Part shown: positions 51,897 to 61,881 of the stretch, piece after piece
How the letters are laid out: each line of letters begins with the position of its first letter
Position numbering within the stretch: the first letter of the stretch is position 1
NCBI GenBank assembly: GCA_044229975.1
Contig: JBGARZ010000012.1
Location: forward strand, 64,001-128,000
Source: Polyangiales bacterium
Lineage (GTDB): Bacteria > Myxococcota_A > Polyangia > Polyangiales > Ga0077539
Direction of reading: 5' to 3'
Length of the DNA stretch: 64,000 nt
Notes under the pieces: model-generated
Told to the model about the DNA's origin: nothing
The model's input: the letters and a program-made list of their open reading frames with translations, nothing else
Databases searched by the model: none
Position numbers and translations under genes: made by a program

Positions 51897-53009
51897 ATGC
51901 TCCCCCTCGCCAAGCTTGAATCCCTCGTCTATCGCGCCGAAGAGCTCGACCGGCTGCTGTGCGAGCCCGACGTCGCCAGCGACTCGCAGCGCTACCGCAA
52001 GCTCACCAAGGAGCGCGCCGACCTGGAGACCCTCGTCACCACCTTCGAGCGCTACAAGAAGCTCAAGAAGCAGCTCGACGACGACCGCGAGGCGCTCGCC
52101 GACCCGGAGCTGCGCGAGATGGTCGCCGAGGAGATTCCCGGCCTCGAAGCCGAGACCTCCACCCTCGAACGCGACCTCACCTTCATGCTCCTCCCCGCCG
52201 ACCCCAACGACGACAAGAACGTCATCGTCGAGATTCGCGCGGCCGAGGGTGGTGATGAAGCGACGCTCTTCGCGGGCGACCTCTTCCGCATGTACCTCCG
52301 CTACGCCGAGAAGAAGAAGTGGCGCGTCGAGGTGATGAGCGAGAGCAAGACCCTCGTCGGCGGCTTGAAGGAGGTCATCGCCCTCATCACCGGCGACCGC
52401 GTGTACAGCACCATGCGCTTCGAGGGCGGCGTTCATCGCGTGCAGCGCGTGCCGCAGACGGAGGCGCAGGGGCGCGTGCACACGTCGACGGCGACGGTGG
52501 CGGTGCTGCCCGAGGCCGAGGACGTCGAGGTGCAGCTCGACGAGGCCAAGGACCTCCAGATCAGCATCGCGGCGTCGGGCGGTCCGGGCGGTCAGGGCGT
52601 CAACACCACCAACAGCGCGGTGCAGATTCTCCACAAGCCCACCGGCATCATCGTGAAGTGTCAGGACGAGCGTTCGCAGATCAAGAACAAGTCCAAGGCG
52701 ATGAAGATCCTGAAGTCGCGGCTCCTCGACATGGAGCGCAAGAAGCAGGAGGACGCCATCAGCTCCGAGCGGCGCGGGATGGTGGGCAGCGGCGAGCGCG
52801 CAGAGAAGATCCGCACGTACAACTTCCCCCAGAACCGCATCAGCGATCACCGCATCCAGCTCACGCTCTACAAGCTCGACCGCTTCATCGACGGGGCACT
52901 CGAAGAGGTGATCGTCCCGCTGCGGACGCACCACCAGGCCGAGCGCCTGCGCCGCGAGCTGGGCATCGAGACGGGCATCGCGACGACGGGCGGCAGCAGC
53001 GACGACTGA
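51897..53009 (+). CDS. prfA: Peptide chain release factor 1
   Basis: VHRVQRVPQTE (PxT motif), GGQ, IRTYNFPQNRISDHRI. Confidence 0.97.
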   Translation: MLPLAKLESLVYRAEELDRLLCEPDVASDSQRYRKLTKERADLETLVTTFERYKKLKKQLDDDREALADPELREMVAEEIPGLEAETSTLERDLTFMLLPADPNDDKNVIVEIRAAEGGDEATLFAGDLFRMYLRYAEKKKWRVEVMSESKTLVGGLKEVIALITGDRVYSTMRFEGGVHRVQRVPQTEAQGRVHTSTATVAVLPEAEDVEVQLDEAKDLQISIAASGGPGGQGVNTTNSAVQILHKPTGIIVKCQDERSQIKNKSKAMKILKSRLLDMERKKQEDAISSERRGMVGSGERAEKIRTYNFPQNRISDHRIQLTLYKLDRFIDGALEEVIVPLRTHHQAERLRRELGIETGIATTGGSSDD

Positions 53010-53080
53010 CCGACCGCGGGCACTCGTAGAGCCACGACTTGCCGGAGGCCTCGCTCGCCACGACCGCCATCGGAGGGGTT

Positions 53081-53202
53081 TGGCCGCAAGGGCGCAGGGG
53101 TCGCAAGGGCGAGACAGAGTGATCGAAGTCTTCCGATGCAGGACGAACGATGCGATCGCCCCGACCCTTCTCTCCCTTGCGACCCCTGCGCCCTTGCGGC
53201 CA
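53081..53202. repeat. Inverted repeat element, family C (29-bp perfect arms built from CGCA(A)GGG subrepeats)
   Basis: TGGCCGCAAGGGCGCAGGGGTCGCAAGGG (53081-53109) and its exact reverse complement (53174-53202). Confidence 0.85.
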
Positions 53203-53268
53203 CTTCCTCCGACACGAAACCCGGAGTGAGCGTCGGGCAGCCGAAGACGTTCGATCGCGGCGCCCGTG

Positions 53269-55035
53269 TCAAGTCATCCCGGTCGCGCCGTCTGTCGGGA
53301 CGACCCAGATGCCCGCGACGCGGACCGACACACGCATCGCGAAGAGCCGGCGCGCGAAGAGCTCGAAGACCACCGGGTCGACCGCGTCGGCCTCGAAGGT
53401 CGCCGCGAGGTCCTGGACGCCGGGCGCCGGCGCGAAGGGCGTCGCGTCCGTCAGGGTGAGGTGGGCATCGGGCCCGCCGAGCCCCTGCGCCACGAGCTCC
53501 GTGCACGGCTCCCAGGAGAGCGCCGACGGAGAGAGTCCCGTCGGGTTGAACACAAACGCGCGCAGACGGCAGCGCACCAGACCGCGCACGGGACCCACCG
53601 GGAGCACCAGGGCACGCGTGTCCTCGCCGCTCGGGCCGTAGACCTCCTCGACGCAGATGCCACGGGCGTCTCGCGCCGAACGGTCCGCACCCGCCTTTAC
53701 GAGGAGGGTCGCGATCGCATCGCGCGCATGCTCGAAGGCGACGTGTAGCGGCCGCTGATCGAGGTACTCGCTCGATCGGTTGGCGTCGGCGCCTCTCGCG
53801 AGCAACAGCGCGACCATCTCGTCATGGCCGCCGTCGATGGCGCGATGCAGCGGCGGAAGGAAGTGGTCGCCGCCGTTGGGGTCGGCGCTGCGGTCGAGCA
53901 GCAGCGCGGCCACGTCGACGTCGCCGAGGCCGGCGGCGTAATGCAATGGACGCATGCGGTTCGACTCCGCGCGGTTGACGGACGCGCCCTCGGCGACAAG
54001 CACGCGCACCAGCTCGATGCTCCGCCTCTCCACGGCGCTGAAGAGGGCGGTCTGACCGTTCACGCTCGCCGCGTCCGCGCTCGCGCCTGCTTCGAGCAGC
54101 GCGACGACGATCTCCACCGGCGCTCCGTACGAGATCGCGCGCGAGATCGCCTGTCCGTAGTACTCCCTGGCGTTGGGCGAGGCGCCCGCGGCGAGCAGCG
54201 CGCGCAGGGCAGCCAGGCGTCCTCCCTTCGCCGCTTCGATGAGCGCGGCGTCGAGCACCTCCCGCGGCCGACCGCGAGCCGCCACGTCGGCGAGCAGCTC
54301 CGCGAGTCGCGCGAGGTTGCCGTCGCCCGCGCGCTCGGAGAGCGCCTTGTCGAGCTGCCGATCGGTGAGCCTCCGCGCCTTCGCCGGTGCCTTGGCGGGC
54401 GCTTCGAGCGCGGCGTGTACGACGCTCCCGGGAGCGGGGCCGTCGACCGCGCGCGTCGGCCTCCCAGGGTCATCGATCGACCACGGCCGCTTGCGCCCGA
54501 AGAGGCGCTTGTTCGCGGCCTGCAGCGCCTGCTTCGCGCCCGCCGCGGTGAGGTCGAGCTGCGCCGCGAGCCACGCGTCGAAGCCGGGCGCCTCGACGCC
54601 GAGCTCGGGCAGGTCGTCGTGGTCGATGCCGATCACGGGGTACTCGCCGACCTCGTCGGGGTCGCCGAGGTAGAGGAAGCGCGCCGAATCACTGCCCGCG
54701 TCGAGCGGCAGCGCGTTGCCCGCGAAGCGATCGAGGATGGATTCGAAGCCCTCGGCCATGGGCCCCGCGTGGTCGACCACGAGCGCGGCGAGCGGGCGCG
54801 CGAGCAGGCGGCCCTCCGCGTCGAACCACCCGTACTCGCGCTTCATCCAGCCGACGTCGACCTGGAAGAGCGCGGCCATGGTCGGTGAGAGCGCGACGCC
54901 CGCGGCCTCTTCCGCCGCGCGAATGCCCGCGGCGTCGAGGGGCTCCGGCTCGCCGATCGGGGATCGCTCGCCGCGCAGCGCGTCCACGATCGACCCGATG
55001 AGGGCGGGGCCGCGCTCGGCGCGCTTGCGGGCCAT
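53269..55035 (-). CDS. SMI1/KNR4-like domain + ankyrin-repeat protein
   Basis: IRAAEEAAGVALSP...GEYPVIGIDHD N-terminal domain; ankyrin units GQTALFSA, PLHYAA, PPLHRA, PLHVA. Confidence 0.75.
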   Translation of the reverse strand: MARKRAERGPALIGSIVDALRGERSPIGEPEPLDAAGIRAAEEAAGVALSPTMAALFQVDVGWMKREYGWFDAEGRLLARPLAALVVDHAGPMAEGFESILDRFAGNALPLDAGSDSARFLYLGDPDEVGEYPVIGIDHDDLPELGVEAPGFDAWLAAQLDLTAAGAKQALQAANKRLFGRKRPWSIDDPGRPTRAVDGPAPGSVVHAALEAPAKAPAKARRLTDRQLDKALSERAGDGNLARLAELLADVAARGRPREVLDAALIEAAKGGRLAALRALLAAGASPNAREYYGQAISRAISYGAPVEIVVALLEAGASADAASVNGQTALFSAVERRSIELVRVLVAEGASVNRAESNRMRPLHYAAGLGDVDVAALLLDRSADPNGGDHFLPPLHRAIDGGHDEMVALLLARGADANRSSEYLDQRPLHVAFEHARDAIATLLVKAGADRSARDARGICVEEVYGPSGEDTRALVLPVGPVRGLVRCRLRAFVFNPTGLSPSALSWEPCTELVAQGLGGPDAHLTLTDATPFAPAPGVQDLAATFEADAVDPVVFELFARRLFAMRVSVRVAGIWVVPTDGATGMT

Positions 55036-55195
55036 GCGGCGGACGGTACTACGTGCGCGATCGGGTTTCGGACGCTCCGCACTCGAACACGCCTGGAACG
55101 ACGAGAGGCCTCTGATGGACACGGAAGCCCGCTCCCGCGCGTCGCGCCCGTTGCCGCATCGCCCGGGCGCGCAGCTATGCTCTCGCACCCACACC

Positions 55196-56467
55196 ATGGA
55201 ACGCCCCTCCGTCCACCCGACCTCCCTCCGCCCGCCGCGCGCCCAGTGCCTCGCCGTCGTGATGGTGGGCCTGCCCGCCCGCGGCAAGACGTACATCGCC
55301 CGGCGCCTCGCGCGGTACCTGTCCTGGTTGGGCTACCAGACGCGGGTGTTCAACGTCGGCGCCTACCGTCGCCAGAAGATGGGCAGCGGGTCGACGCACG
55401 AGTTCTTCGACTCGCACAACGTGGAGGGCGAGGCCGCGCGGCGCTCGCTCGCGCGCGAGGCCATGGAGGACATGCTCGGGTGGTTTCGCGGCGGCGGCGA
55501 GGTGGCCATCTACGACGCCACCAACCACACGCGCGACCGGCGGACGATGGTGCGCCAGGGGTGCGAGAAGGCGGGCGTTCCGGTGCTGTTCGTGGAGTCG
55601 ATCTGCGACGACGCGGAGATCATCGCGAGCACCATCCGCGAGATCAAACTGAACTCCCCGGACTACGTCGGCGTCGACCCCGACGCTGCGGTGCACGACT
55701 TCAGCGCGCGCATCGCCCACTACGAAGACCGCTACGAGACCCTCGACGCGAGCGACGGGTCGTTCGTGAAGCTGATCAACGTGGGCCACGAGCTGGTGCT
55801 GCACGACCTGCGGGGCGACCTGCCGGGGCGCCTCGTGCGGGTGCTGATGAACCTGCACATCGTCCCGCGGCCGGTGTGGCTGACGCGGCACGGGGAGAGC
55901 GCGTGCAACGTCGACGGGCGGGTGGGCGGCGACCCCGAGCTGACGCCGCGGGGCGAGCGCTTCGCGGTGCGGCTGACGGACTTCTTCAACGAGCACGTGC
56001 AGGCGGGCGACGACGTGAAGGTGTGGACGAGCACGCTACGGCGGGCGACGCAGACGGCGCGGCACCTGCCGGCGTGCCCGGAGTCTTGGCGGGCGCTCGA
56101 CGAGATCGACGCAGGGGTGTTCGACGGGATGACCTACGCGGAGATCAAGGCCGAGCACCCCGACGAGTACGCGCGGCGGCAGCGCGACAAGCTGGGCTAC
56201 CGGTACCCGCGCGGGGAGTCGTACGAGGACGTCATCCAGCGGCTGGAGCCGGTGATCATCGAGCTCGAACGCCAGCGCTCGCCGACGCTGGTGGTCACGC
56301 ACCGCGCGGTGCTGCGGTGCCTCTACGCGTACTTCATGGACCGCGCGCCGAAGGACTGCACGCGGCTGGATGTTCCGCTGCACACGGTGATCGCGCTGAC
56401 GCCCAACGCGTACGGCTGCGACGAGGAGCGCATTCCCCTCGCCGACCCGGTGGTCGAGGCGGGGTAG
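55196..56467 (+). CDS. Bifunctional 6-phosphofructo-2-kinase / fructose-2,6-bisphosphatase
   Basis: MVGLPARGKT, FNVGAYRR, DATN, VESIC, SPDY, then RHGES, LDEIDAG, YRYPRGESY, RLEPVIIELERQ. Confidence 0.93.
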   Translation: MERPSVHPTSLRPPRAQCLAVVMVGLPARGKTYIARRLARYLSWLGYQTRVFNVGAYRRQKMGSGSTHEFFDSHNVEGEAARRSLAREAMEDMLGWFRGGGEVAIYDATNHTRDRRTMVRQGCEKAGVPVLFVESICDDAEIIASTIREIKLNSPDYVGVDPDAAVHDFSARIAHYEDRYETLDASDGSFVKLINVGHELVLHDLRGDLPGRLVRVLMNLHIVPRPVWLTRHGESACNVDGRVGGDPELTPRGERFAVRLTDFFNEHVQAGDDVKVWTSTLRRATQTARHLPACPESWRALDEIDAGVFDGMTYAEIKAEHPDEYARRQRDKLGYRYPRGESYEDVIQRLEPVIIELERQRSPTLVVTHRAVLRCLYAYFMDRAPKDCTRLDVPLHTVIALTPNAYGCDEERIPLADPVVEAG

Positions 56468-56468
56468 A

Positions 56469-57254
56469 TCACCCCACCACCGGCCAGCGCCGCTCCGCGT
56501 ACAGCGCCGTCAGCCGCGCGCTCATCCGCGCCTCCACCGCCGCCGCAAGCCCGTCCGCGTCGTCATACGCTGCCGGCTCCACCGCCTCGCCAAACTCCAC
56601 CGTCACCTTCGCGGGCAATGGCACGTACGGCAGGTACCCCGCCGGCCCGATGCACAGCCCCCACGGCAGCGCGAGCGTCACCGGAAACCCGTTGTACTTC
56701 AGCCACTTCACCAGCCCCAACCGCCGCGCCATCTCCCTGCCCTGATGCAGCACCACGAAGCCCTCGTGCCCGCCCGCGTTGACCACCGGCACGATGGGAA
56801 CCCCCACCTCCCGCGCCAGCCGCGCGTACCCCTTGCGGCCGTCGAAGCACAGCTCCTTGCGCTTGCTCCACGGCCGCAGCGAGTCGATGTCTCCACCCGG
56901 AAACACCAGCACCTTCGCGCCCGACCTCAGCGCCGCCGCCGCCTCGCCCGGGTTGGCCGGGACGATGCCCAGCTTTCGCACCAGCGGCGTCAGCCCGAGC
57001 TGATCGAAGAAGAACGAGTGCGCCAGCACGTACACCGGCTCGCTCATCCCGCGCTCGCGGTACCACTTGATCAAGAACAACCCGTCCACCGCGTTGGCCC
57101 CGCCGTTGTGGTTGCCCACCAGCAACGCCGCCCCATGCGGAACCCGCTCCATCCCCCGCACGTCGAGCCGATGCCACGCCGCTTGCGCCGACATCACCCT
57201 GCTCGCGAGCTCGACCCACCGCGCGTCGATCGGAACCATCGCCCTCCCCCTCAC
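56469..57254 (-). CDS. Lysophospholipid / diacylglycerol acyltransferase family protein
   Basis: LLVGNH.....D, VFPGG, RKGYARLA, VPIVPV. Confidence 0.85.
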   Translation of the reverse strand: MRGRAMVPIDARWVELASRVMSAQAAWHRLDVRGMERVPHGAALLVGNHNGGANAVDGLFLIKWYRERGMSEPVYVLAHSFFFDQLGLTPLVRKLGIVPANPGEAAAALRSGAKVLVFPGGDIDSLRPWSKRKELCFDGRKGYARLAREVGVPIVPVVNAGGHEGFVVLHQGREMARRLGLVKWLKYNGFPVTLALPWGLCIGPAGYLPYVPLPAKVTVEFGEAVEPAAYDDADGLAAAVEARMSARLTALYAERRWPVVG

Positions 57255-59041
57255 CGCGCCCGCAGGTAGCGGCCCATCCAGTACGCGAGCCGCAGGTCGA
57301 CGCCCGGCAGGAGGTTGCGACCCGTCCCACCGCCGTTGGGTCGGTAGGGGTCGCTGCGCCAGAAGAAGTTGCTCGGCGGACGAATGCGCATCGGCACCGG
57401 AACCGTCGCCACCACCGAATCCCCCCGCCCCGACGTCGCCGAGATGGGCAGCACCGTCCCGTCGTCACCCACGCAATTGCGCGACGCGATCTCCGCCTCG
57501 TCGCAGTTGGTCCGCGGCGTCTCCCAGAAGGGCGCGTCGGGGAATTCCCGCAGCGTTCCGGTGGCGCGCATCAGCGCTGTTGCGTCGAGGTCGGCCGCGG
57601 TGACGTCCCTCCACGCCGTAGCCCGCCCCGTCGCGGCGATGGCCACAAAGTCGAAGAAGCTCTGCCCCATCTCCGCCGGCTGCCGCGGCATGCCCGGCGT
57701 GTTGTAGAGCCCCGTCAACGTCCCGGTGCGGACGGCCTCGCGAGCCGCGTCGTCGCAGAGGTAGCGACCCGCCAGCCACGCGCCCGAGAAGGCCATGTTG
57801 TAGTTGGAGAAGTTGGTCACCTCGCCCGCGTCGACGAGGCCCACGCGATCACGAACGACCCCCGGCAGGTCGCGCCGCCGGATGAGGTCGTTGTGCAGCC
57901 AGTCGGCGAGCATCGGGTCTTCCGAGATGCGCACCAGCGCCGCCACGATGCCCAGCGACATCACCGCGTGCTGCCCGTTGGCGCGAAAGTTCGGGATGTA
58001 CGCGCGGTCGACGGCGCTCTCGCTCAGCAGCCCGTTGTAGGTCACCCGACCATCCGCGTCGTGGATCTCCAGGTCGTACCCGCGATCGCTCACCCGCCGC
58101 AGGCTCTGCCCGATGGCCAGCGCGTCGGCCCGCAGCGACGCGAGCCTCGCCGCATCGACCGTGCTGTCACCGCGCGACACCTCCCACGCCGCCGCCATGC
58201 CCATCACCCAGCCGATGAGCATGTCGCGGCTGACCGAGTCCTCCCAGACATAGTTGGCCGGTCCCGCCGCCGCGGGCTCGCGCCACGTGCCGTTGGTCTT
58301 CTCCAACGGCAACGGTCGACCCATCGCGTCGAAGAGCGGAACCGTCGTCACCTCCGCCGCCGCCGGGATGTCCCGCCGCTGGTAGCCACGCGCGATCACC
58401 CCCGGCGCACCCGTGATGGTCACCGCCCGGTGCATGCCGTCGAGGGCGGCTTGGAGGTGTTCTCTGGCGCGCGTCACCTCGTCGCACGCGGCGCCCTCGT
58501 CGCGCAGCACCGCGTACCGATACGCGTCGGCCACGACCCCGGCCCCAGCGTAGGCGCCCGCGACCTTGGTCCAACGGAAGCGCGTCGACGGAGCGCCGCC
58601 CGCCGCCGCGGTGAAGTCCCAGGTGTCCTCGTCGCGGAGAAAGCGCCCGAGCCGCATCATGGTGTCGTCGTCGTTGGCGACGGCCTCGCTGTTGACCCCG
58701 GTGTAGAGCGCGTGCACGGCGTGAAACACCCGGTCGAAGCGCCGCGCCTTGGCGTCGAGCGCGGCGTCGGCCGCGAGGATGCCGCCGCGGGCCTGGGCGG
58801 TTCCGCACGCGGGCGCCGGGCGCGCGACGAAGGCCGGGCAGGCAGGCGGCGTCGTGCGAACGAAGACGTCCTCCACGACGACGACGTCCTCGGTCACGGC
58901 GGCGTCGTCGGGCGTTGCGGAGTCGCTCGGCGAGACGGTGATGTCCGTGGCAACAGGGACGTCAACGGCGGCGTCAGGGGCCGCCGGAGTCGCGTCGCAA
59001 TGGAGGGAGAGCAGCGAGAGCGCGAGTGCGTAGCGGCGCAT
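57251..59041 (-). CDS. Hypothetical secreted lipoprotein
   Basis: Signal peptide ending SLHC, Asp/Ala/Pro linker, globular domain with SRD motif. Confidence 0.7.
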   Translation of the reverse strand: MRRYALALSLLSLHCDATPAAPDAAVDVPVATDITVSPSDSATPDDAAVTEDVVVVEDVFVRTTPPACPAFVARPAPACGTAQARGGILAADAALDAKARRFDRVFHAVHALYTGVNSEAVANDDDTMMRLGRFLRDEDTWDFTAAAGGAPSTRFRWTKVAGAYAGAGVVADAYRYAVLRDEGAACDEVTRAREHLQAALDGMHRAVTITGAPGVIARGYQRRDIPAAAEVTTVPLFDAMGRPLPLEKTNGTWREPAAAGPANYVWEDSVSRDMLIGWVMGMAAAWEVSRGDSTVDAARLASLRADALAIGQSLRRVSDRGYDLEIHDADGRVTYNGLLSESAVDRAYIPNFRANGQHAVMSLGIVAALVRISEDPMLADWLHNDLIRRRDLPGVVRDRVGLVDAGEVTNFSNYNMAFSGAWLAGRYLCDDAAREAVRTGTLTGLYNTPGMPRQPAEMGQSFFDFVAIAATGRATAWRDVTAADLDATALMRATGTLREFPDAPFWETPRTNCDEAEIASRNCVGDDGTVLPISATSGRGDSVVATVPVPMRIRPPSNFFWRSDPYRPNGGGTGRNLLPGVDLRLAYWMGRYLRAR

Positions 59042-59136
59042 GGCGCGGGAGGGTACGCGACGTCTGATGACCACGGAAGGCTGTCGGGCTTATGGTCCGC
59101 GGGGCAAACCTCCCCACCGTGAAGGTCCTCGCTTCT

Positions 59137-59871
59137 ATGTTCAATGGCATCGAACACCCCAACACCTGGCTGGCGCTCGCCTCGCTCGTCGCCATGGAGA
59201 TCGTCCTCGGCGTCGACAACATCGTGTTCATCTCGGTGCTCACGGGTCGGCTCCCGCCCGAGCAGCGCAAGAAGGTCACGCACCTCGGCATCGGGCTCGC
59301 TCTGGTGATGCGCATCGGGCTCTTGTTCGCGATCTCGTGGGTGCTCGGCCTCACGCGCCCGCTCTTCACCCTCGCGGGCGTCGCCGTGAGCGGCAAGCAG
59401 CTCGTGCTGGGCCTCGGCGGCTTCTTCCTCGTGGGCAAGGCGACGGTGGAGATTCACCGCAAGGTCGAAGGGCACCTCGAAGAAGACCCCAAGGCGCCAG
59501 CGGCCGCGACGTCCACGCGCTCGCTCGTCGCGCAGGTGGTGCTGCTCGACATGGTGTTCTCCATCGACTCGGTCATCACGGCGGTGGGAATGGTTCCGCC
59601 CGAGCAGATCTGGGTGATGGTGGTGGCCGTGCTCGCGGCCGTCGCCACGATGCTGGTCTTCGCAGGGCCCGTCGCGCGCTTCGTCGAGCGGCACGCCACG
59701 GTGAAGGTGCTGGCCCTCGCGTTTCTCATCCTCATCGGGGTGATGCTGCTGGCCGAGGCCGTCGGTCGTCACATCCCCAAGGCGTACATCTACGCGCCCA
59801 TGGCCTTCGCGCTCGGCGTCGAGCTGCTCAACCTCCGCATGCGAGGCCGCGCCCGCGCGAAGACCGGCTAA
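59137..59871 (+). CDS. TerC family membrane protein
   Basis: MEIVLGVDN, LDMVFSIDSVITAVG, LAFLILIG, YIY. Confidence 0.92.
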   Translation: MFNGIEHPNTWLALASLVAMEIVLGVDNIVFISVLTGRLPPEQRKKVTHLGIGLALVMRIGLLFAISWVLGLTRPLFTLAGVAVSGKQLVLGLGGFFLVGKATVEIHRKVEGHLEEDPKAPAAATSTRSLVAQVVLLDMVFSIDSVITAVGMVPPEQIWVMVVAVLAAVATMLVFAGPVARFVERHATVKVLALAFLILIGVMLLAEAVGRHIPKAYIYAPMAFALGVELLNLRMRGRARAKTG

Positions 59872-59883
59872 CGGGGCGACGGA

Positions 59884-61608
59884 CTACAGGTCCGTCGACA
59901 GGCCGTCCCAGGCGAAGAGGCGCTCGTTGGGCGAAGCGAGGGACATGCGCAGCAGGTCGACCTCGGCGCGCGTCGCGAGCGACTGCCCTGCGAGGAAGCT
60001 CAACAACGCCTGAACGGGCGGAGCGGGCTCTGGGGGTTCGATCGTTCCGCGCGGCGGGGCGATGATGACGGGCCGGTCGGCGAGCTTCGTGTTCGCGAGC
60101 GAGCGCACCCGCTCGATGGCCACGTCCAGGCCGCCGAGGTGGTCGACCAGACCGAGCGCGTGCGCGTCGACGCCCGCGTACACCCGGCCGCGCGCCAGCG
60201 GCTCGATCTCGCTGAAGTCCCGCTTGCGGCCGCGCGCCACGATGCCGACGAAGTCGTTGTATGAGCCATCGATCTCGCGGTTGAAGGCCGCGCGCTCCTC
60301 TTCGCTCCACCCGCGGAAGGGCGACAGCATGTCGGCGCGCTCACCGCGGCGGATCACCTCGTGGTTGAGCCCGAGCTTCTCCAGCAGCCGCGACGCGAGC
60401 AGCCGCATCGCGATGACCCCGATGGAGCCCGTCACCGTCAACGGCTGGGCGATGATCTCCTGCGCGAGCGCGGCGACGTAGTACCCGCCGCTCGCGGCGA
60501 CGTCGGAGAAGTACGCCACCACGGGCTTCTTCTCCCGGAGCCGCTCGACCTCGTGCGAGATCATGTCGCTGCCGAGCGCGCTGCCGCCGCGCGAGTCGAC
60601 GTAGAGCACCACCGCGCCCACCCGCGGGTTGGCCCGCGCCACGCGGATGGCCGCCCCCACGCGCCGCGCGTCGGCCACGCCGCTCACGCTCGACTGCGAC
60701 GACGACACGATGGCGCCGCGCACCTCGATGACCCCGACGCGGGGCGCGCCGCTCACGCCCTCGAAGCGCATCACCCGGCTCAGCGCGAGGTACATCGCCG
60801 CCTTCACCAGCTTGGGGCTCGTCGTCGGCGTGAGGTGCGCGGGCAGCTCGTCTTCGTAGGCGAGCGCGTCGATGAGACCCTCGCGCACGGCGTCGGACGC
60901 GCGGTACGGGCTGCTCTCCACCATCGCCCGCGCGCGGTTATCGTCGACCTTGCGACCGTCCGCGATGGCCCCGAGCAGCGCCTTGTGCAGCCGATCGAGG
61001 AGGGCTTCGAGCTGCACGCGGTTGGGCTCCGAGAACCCGTCGCGACTGAACTGCTCGGCCGCGCTCTTGAACTCCTTGCGCGCGTACACCTCGGCTTCGA
61101 GGCCGCCGCGTTCGAGCAGGGCGCGCACGAAGGTGGTCTGCGCCGCGTACCCGAGCGGGCCGAGCGACGACTGCGGCGTCGCGAGGACGGTGTCGGCCGC
61201 GAGCGCGACGAAGTACTCCCGCGTCGTCGCGCCGTCGGGCAGCCACGCGACCACCTTCTTGCCCGCCGCGCGCAGCCCGAGGATCACCTCGCGCAACCCC
61301 GTCGCCACCGCGCTGCCGCACTCCAGCGCCTCGACGCGGAGGAGCACCCCATCGACGTTGCCGTCGGCCGCGATGGCCTCGGCGAGTTCGCGCAGCACCG
61401 TGAGCGTGAGCACCGGCTTCGGGGCGGCGCCGCGCAGGATGATCTGCATGGGGTGCGCGAAGCGTGAGAAGGGTCGCTCGATCTCGGTGACGGGACCGCC
61501 GAGGGTGAGGGTGATCCAGGTGCCTCGCGGGGCGAGGGCCGCGCGGCGCGCCGCGGACAAGGGGTAGAGCGCAGCGCGGAGGGAGTTGGAGAAGATGGAG
61601 CTGATCAT
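59884..61608 (-). CDS. sppA: Signal peptide peptidase SppA (two-domain, long form)
   Basis: FKSAAE, VDSRGGS, AASGGYY, TGSIGV, ARGRVY, GLVDHLGG. Confidence 0.9.
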   Translation of the reverse strand: MISSIFSNSLRAALYPLSAARRAALAPRGTWITLTLGGPVTEIERPFSRFAHPMQIILRGAAPKPVLTLTVLRELAEAIAADGNVDGVLLRVEALECGSAVATGLREVILGLRAAGKKVVAWLPDGATTREYFVALAADTVLATPQSSLGPLGYAAQTTFVRALLERGGLEAEVYARKEFKSAAEQFSRDGFSEPNRVQLEALLDRLHKALLGAIADGRKVDDNRARAMVESSPYRASDAVREGLIDALAYEDELPAHLTPTTSPKLVKAAMYLALSRVMRFEGVSGAPRVGVIEVRGAIVSSSQSSVSGVADARRVGAAIRVARANPRVGAVVLYVDSRGGSALGSDMISHEVERLREKKPVVAYFSDVAASGGYYVAALAQEIIAQPLTVTGSIGVIAMRLLASRLLEKLGLNHEVIRRGERADMLSPFRGWSEEERAAFNREIDGSYNDFVGIVARGRKRDFSEIEPLARGRVYAGVDAHALGLVDHLGGLDVAIERVRSLANTKLADRPVIIAPPRGTIEPPEPAPPVQALLSFLAGQSLATRAEVDLLRMSLASPNERLFAWDGLSTDL

Positions 61609-61649
61609 CGCGGCGGAAGCTAGTACCCGCGGCGGGTGGCGTCGACGGC

Positions 61650-61711
61650 GGGGACGGTTTCAGCTTTTCACCGTTGTGCGCGTGACAACGTGAAAAGCTG
61701 AAACCGTCCCC
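61650..61711. repeat. Palindromic REP/MITE-like element, family A (22-bp perfect arms)
   Basis: GGGGACGGTTTCAGCTTTTCAC / GTGAAAAGCTGAAACCGTCCCC; homolog of 5799-5892. Confidence 0.85.
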
Positions 61712-61828
61712 ACCCCTGGGAACCACCGATACGATCGTCTCGCCACCGATCCATTGATATCGCCTCTGTCGGACCCGATGGCGACGACACCCGCGGTTTT
61801 CGCCGCGATAGCGACGGCCCAACCCCTC

Positions 61829-61844
61829 TGGCACACCTCGCGCA
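61829..61844 (+). promoter_or_regulatory. Putative sigma54 (-24/-12) promoter for the Y RNA-Ro60 transcript
   Basis: TGGCACACCTCGCGCA: GG-N10-GC with TGGCAC core; the Salmonella rsr-yrlBA-rtcBA operon is sigma54-dependent. Confidence 0.7.
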
Positions 61845-61881
61845 ATGAGCCTCTGCGTCGGCCGCTTCGGCGGCGCGGCAC

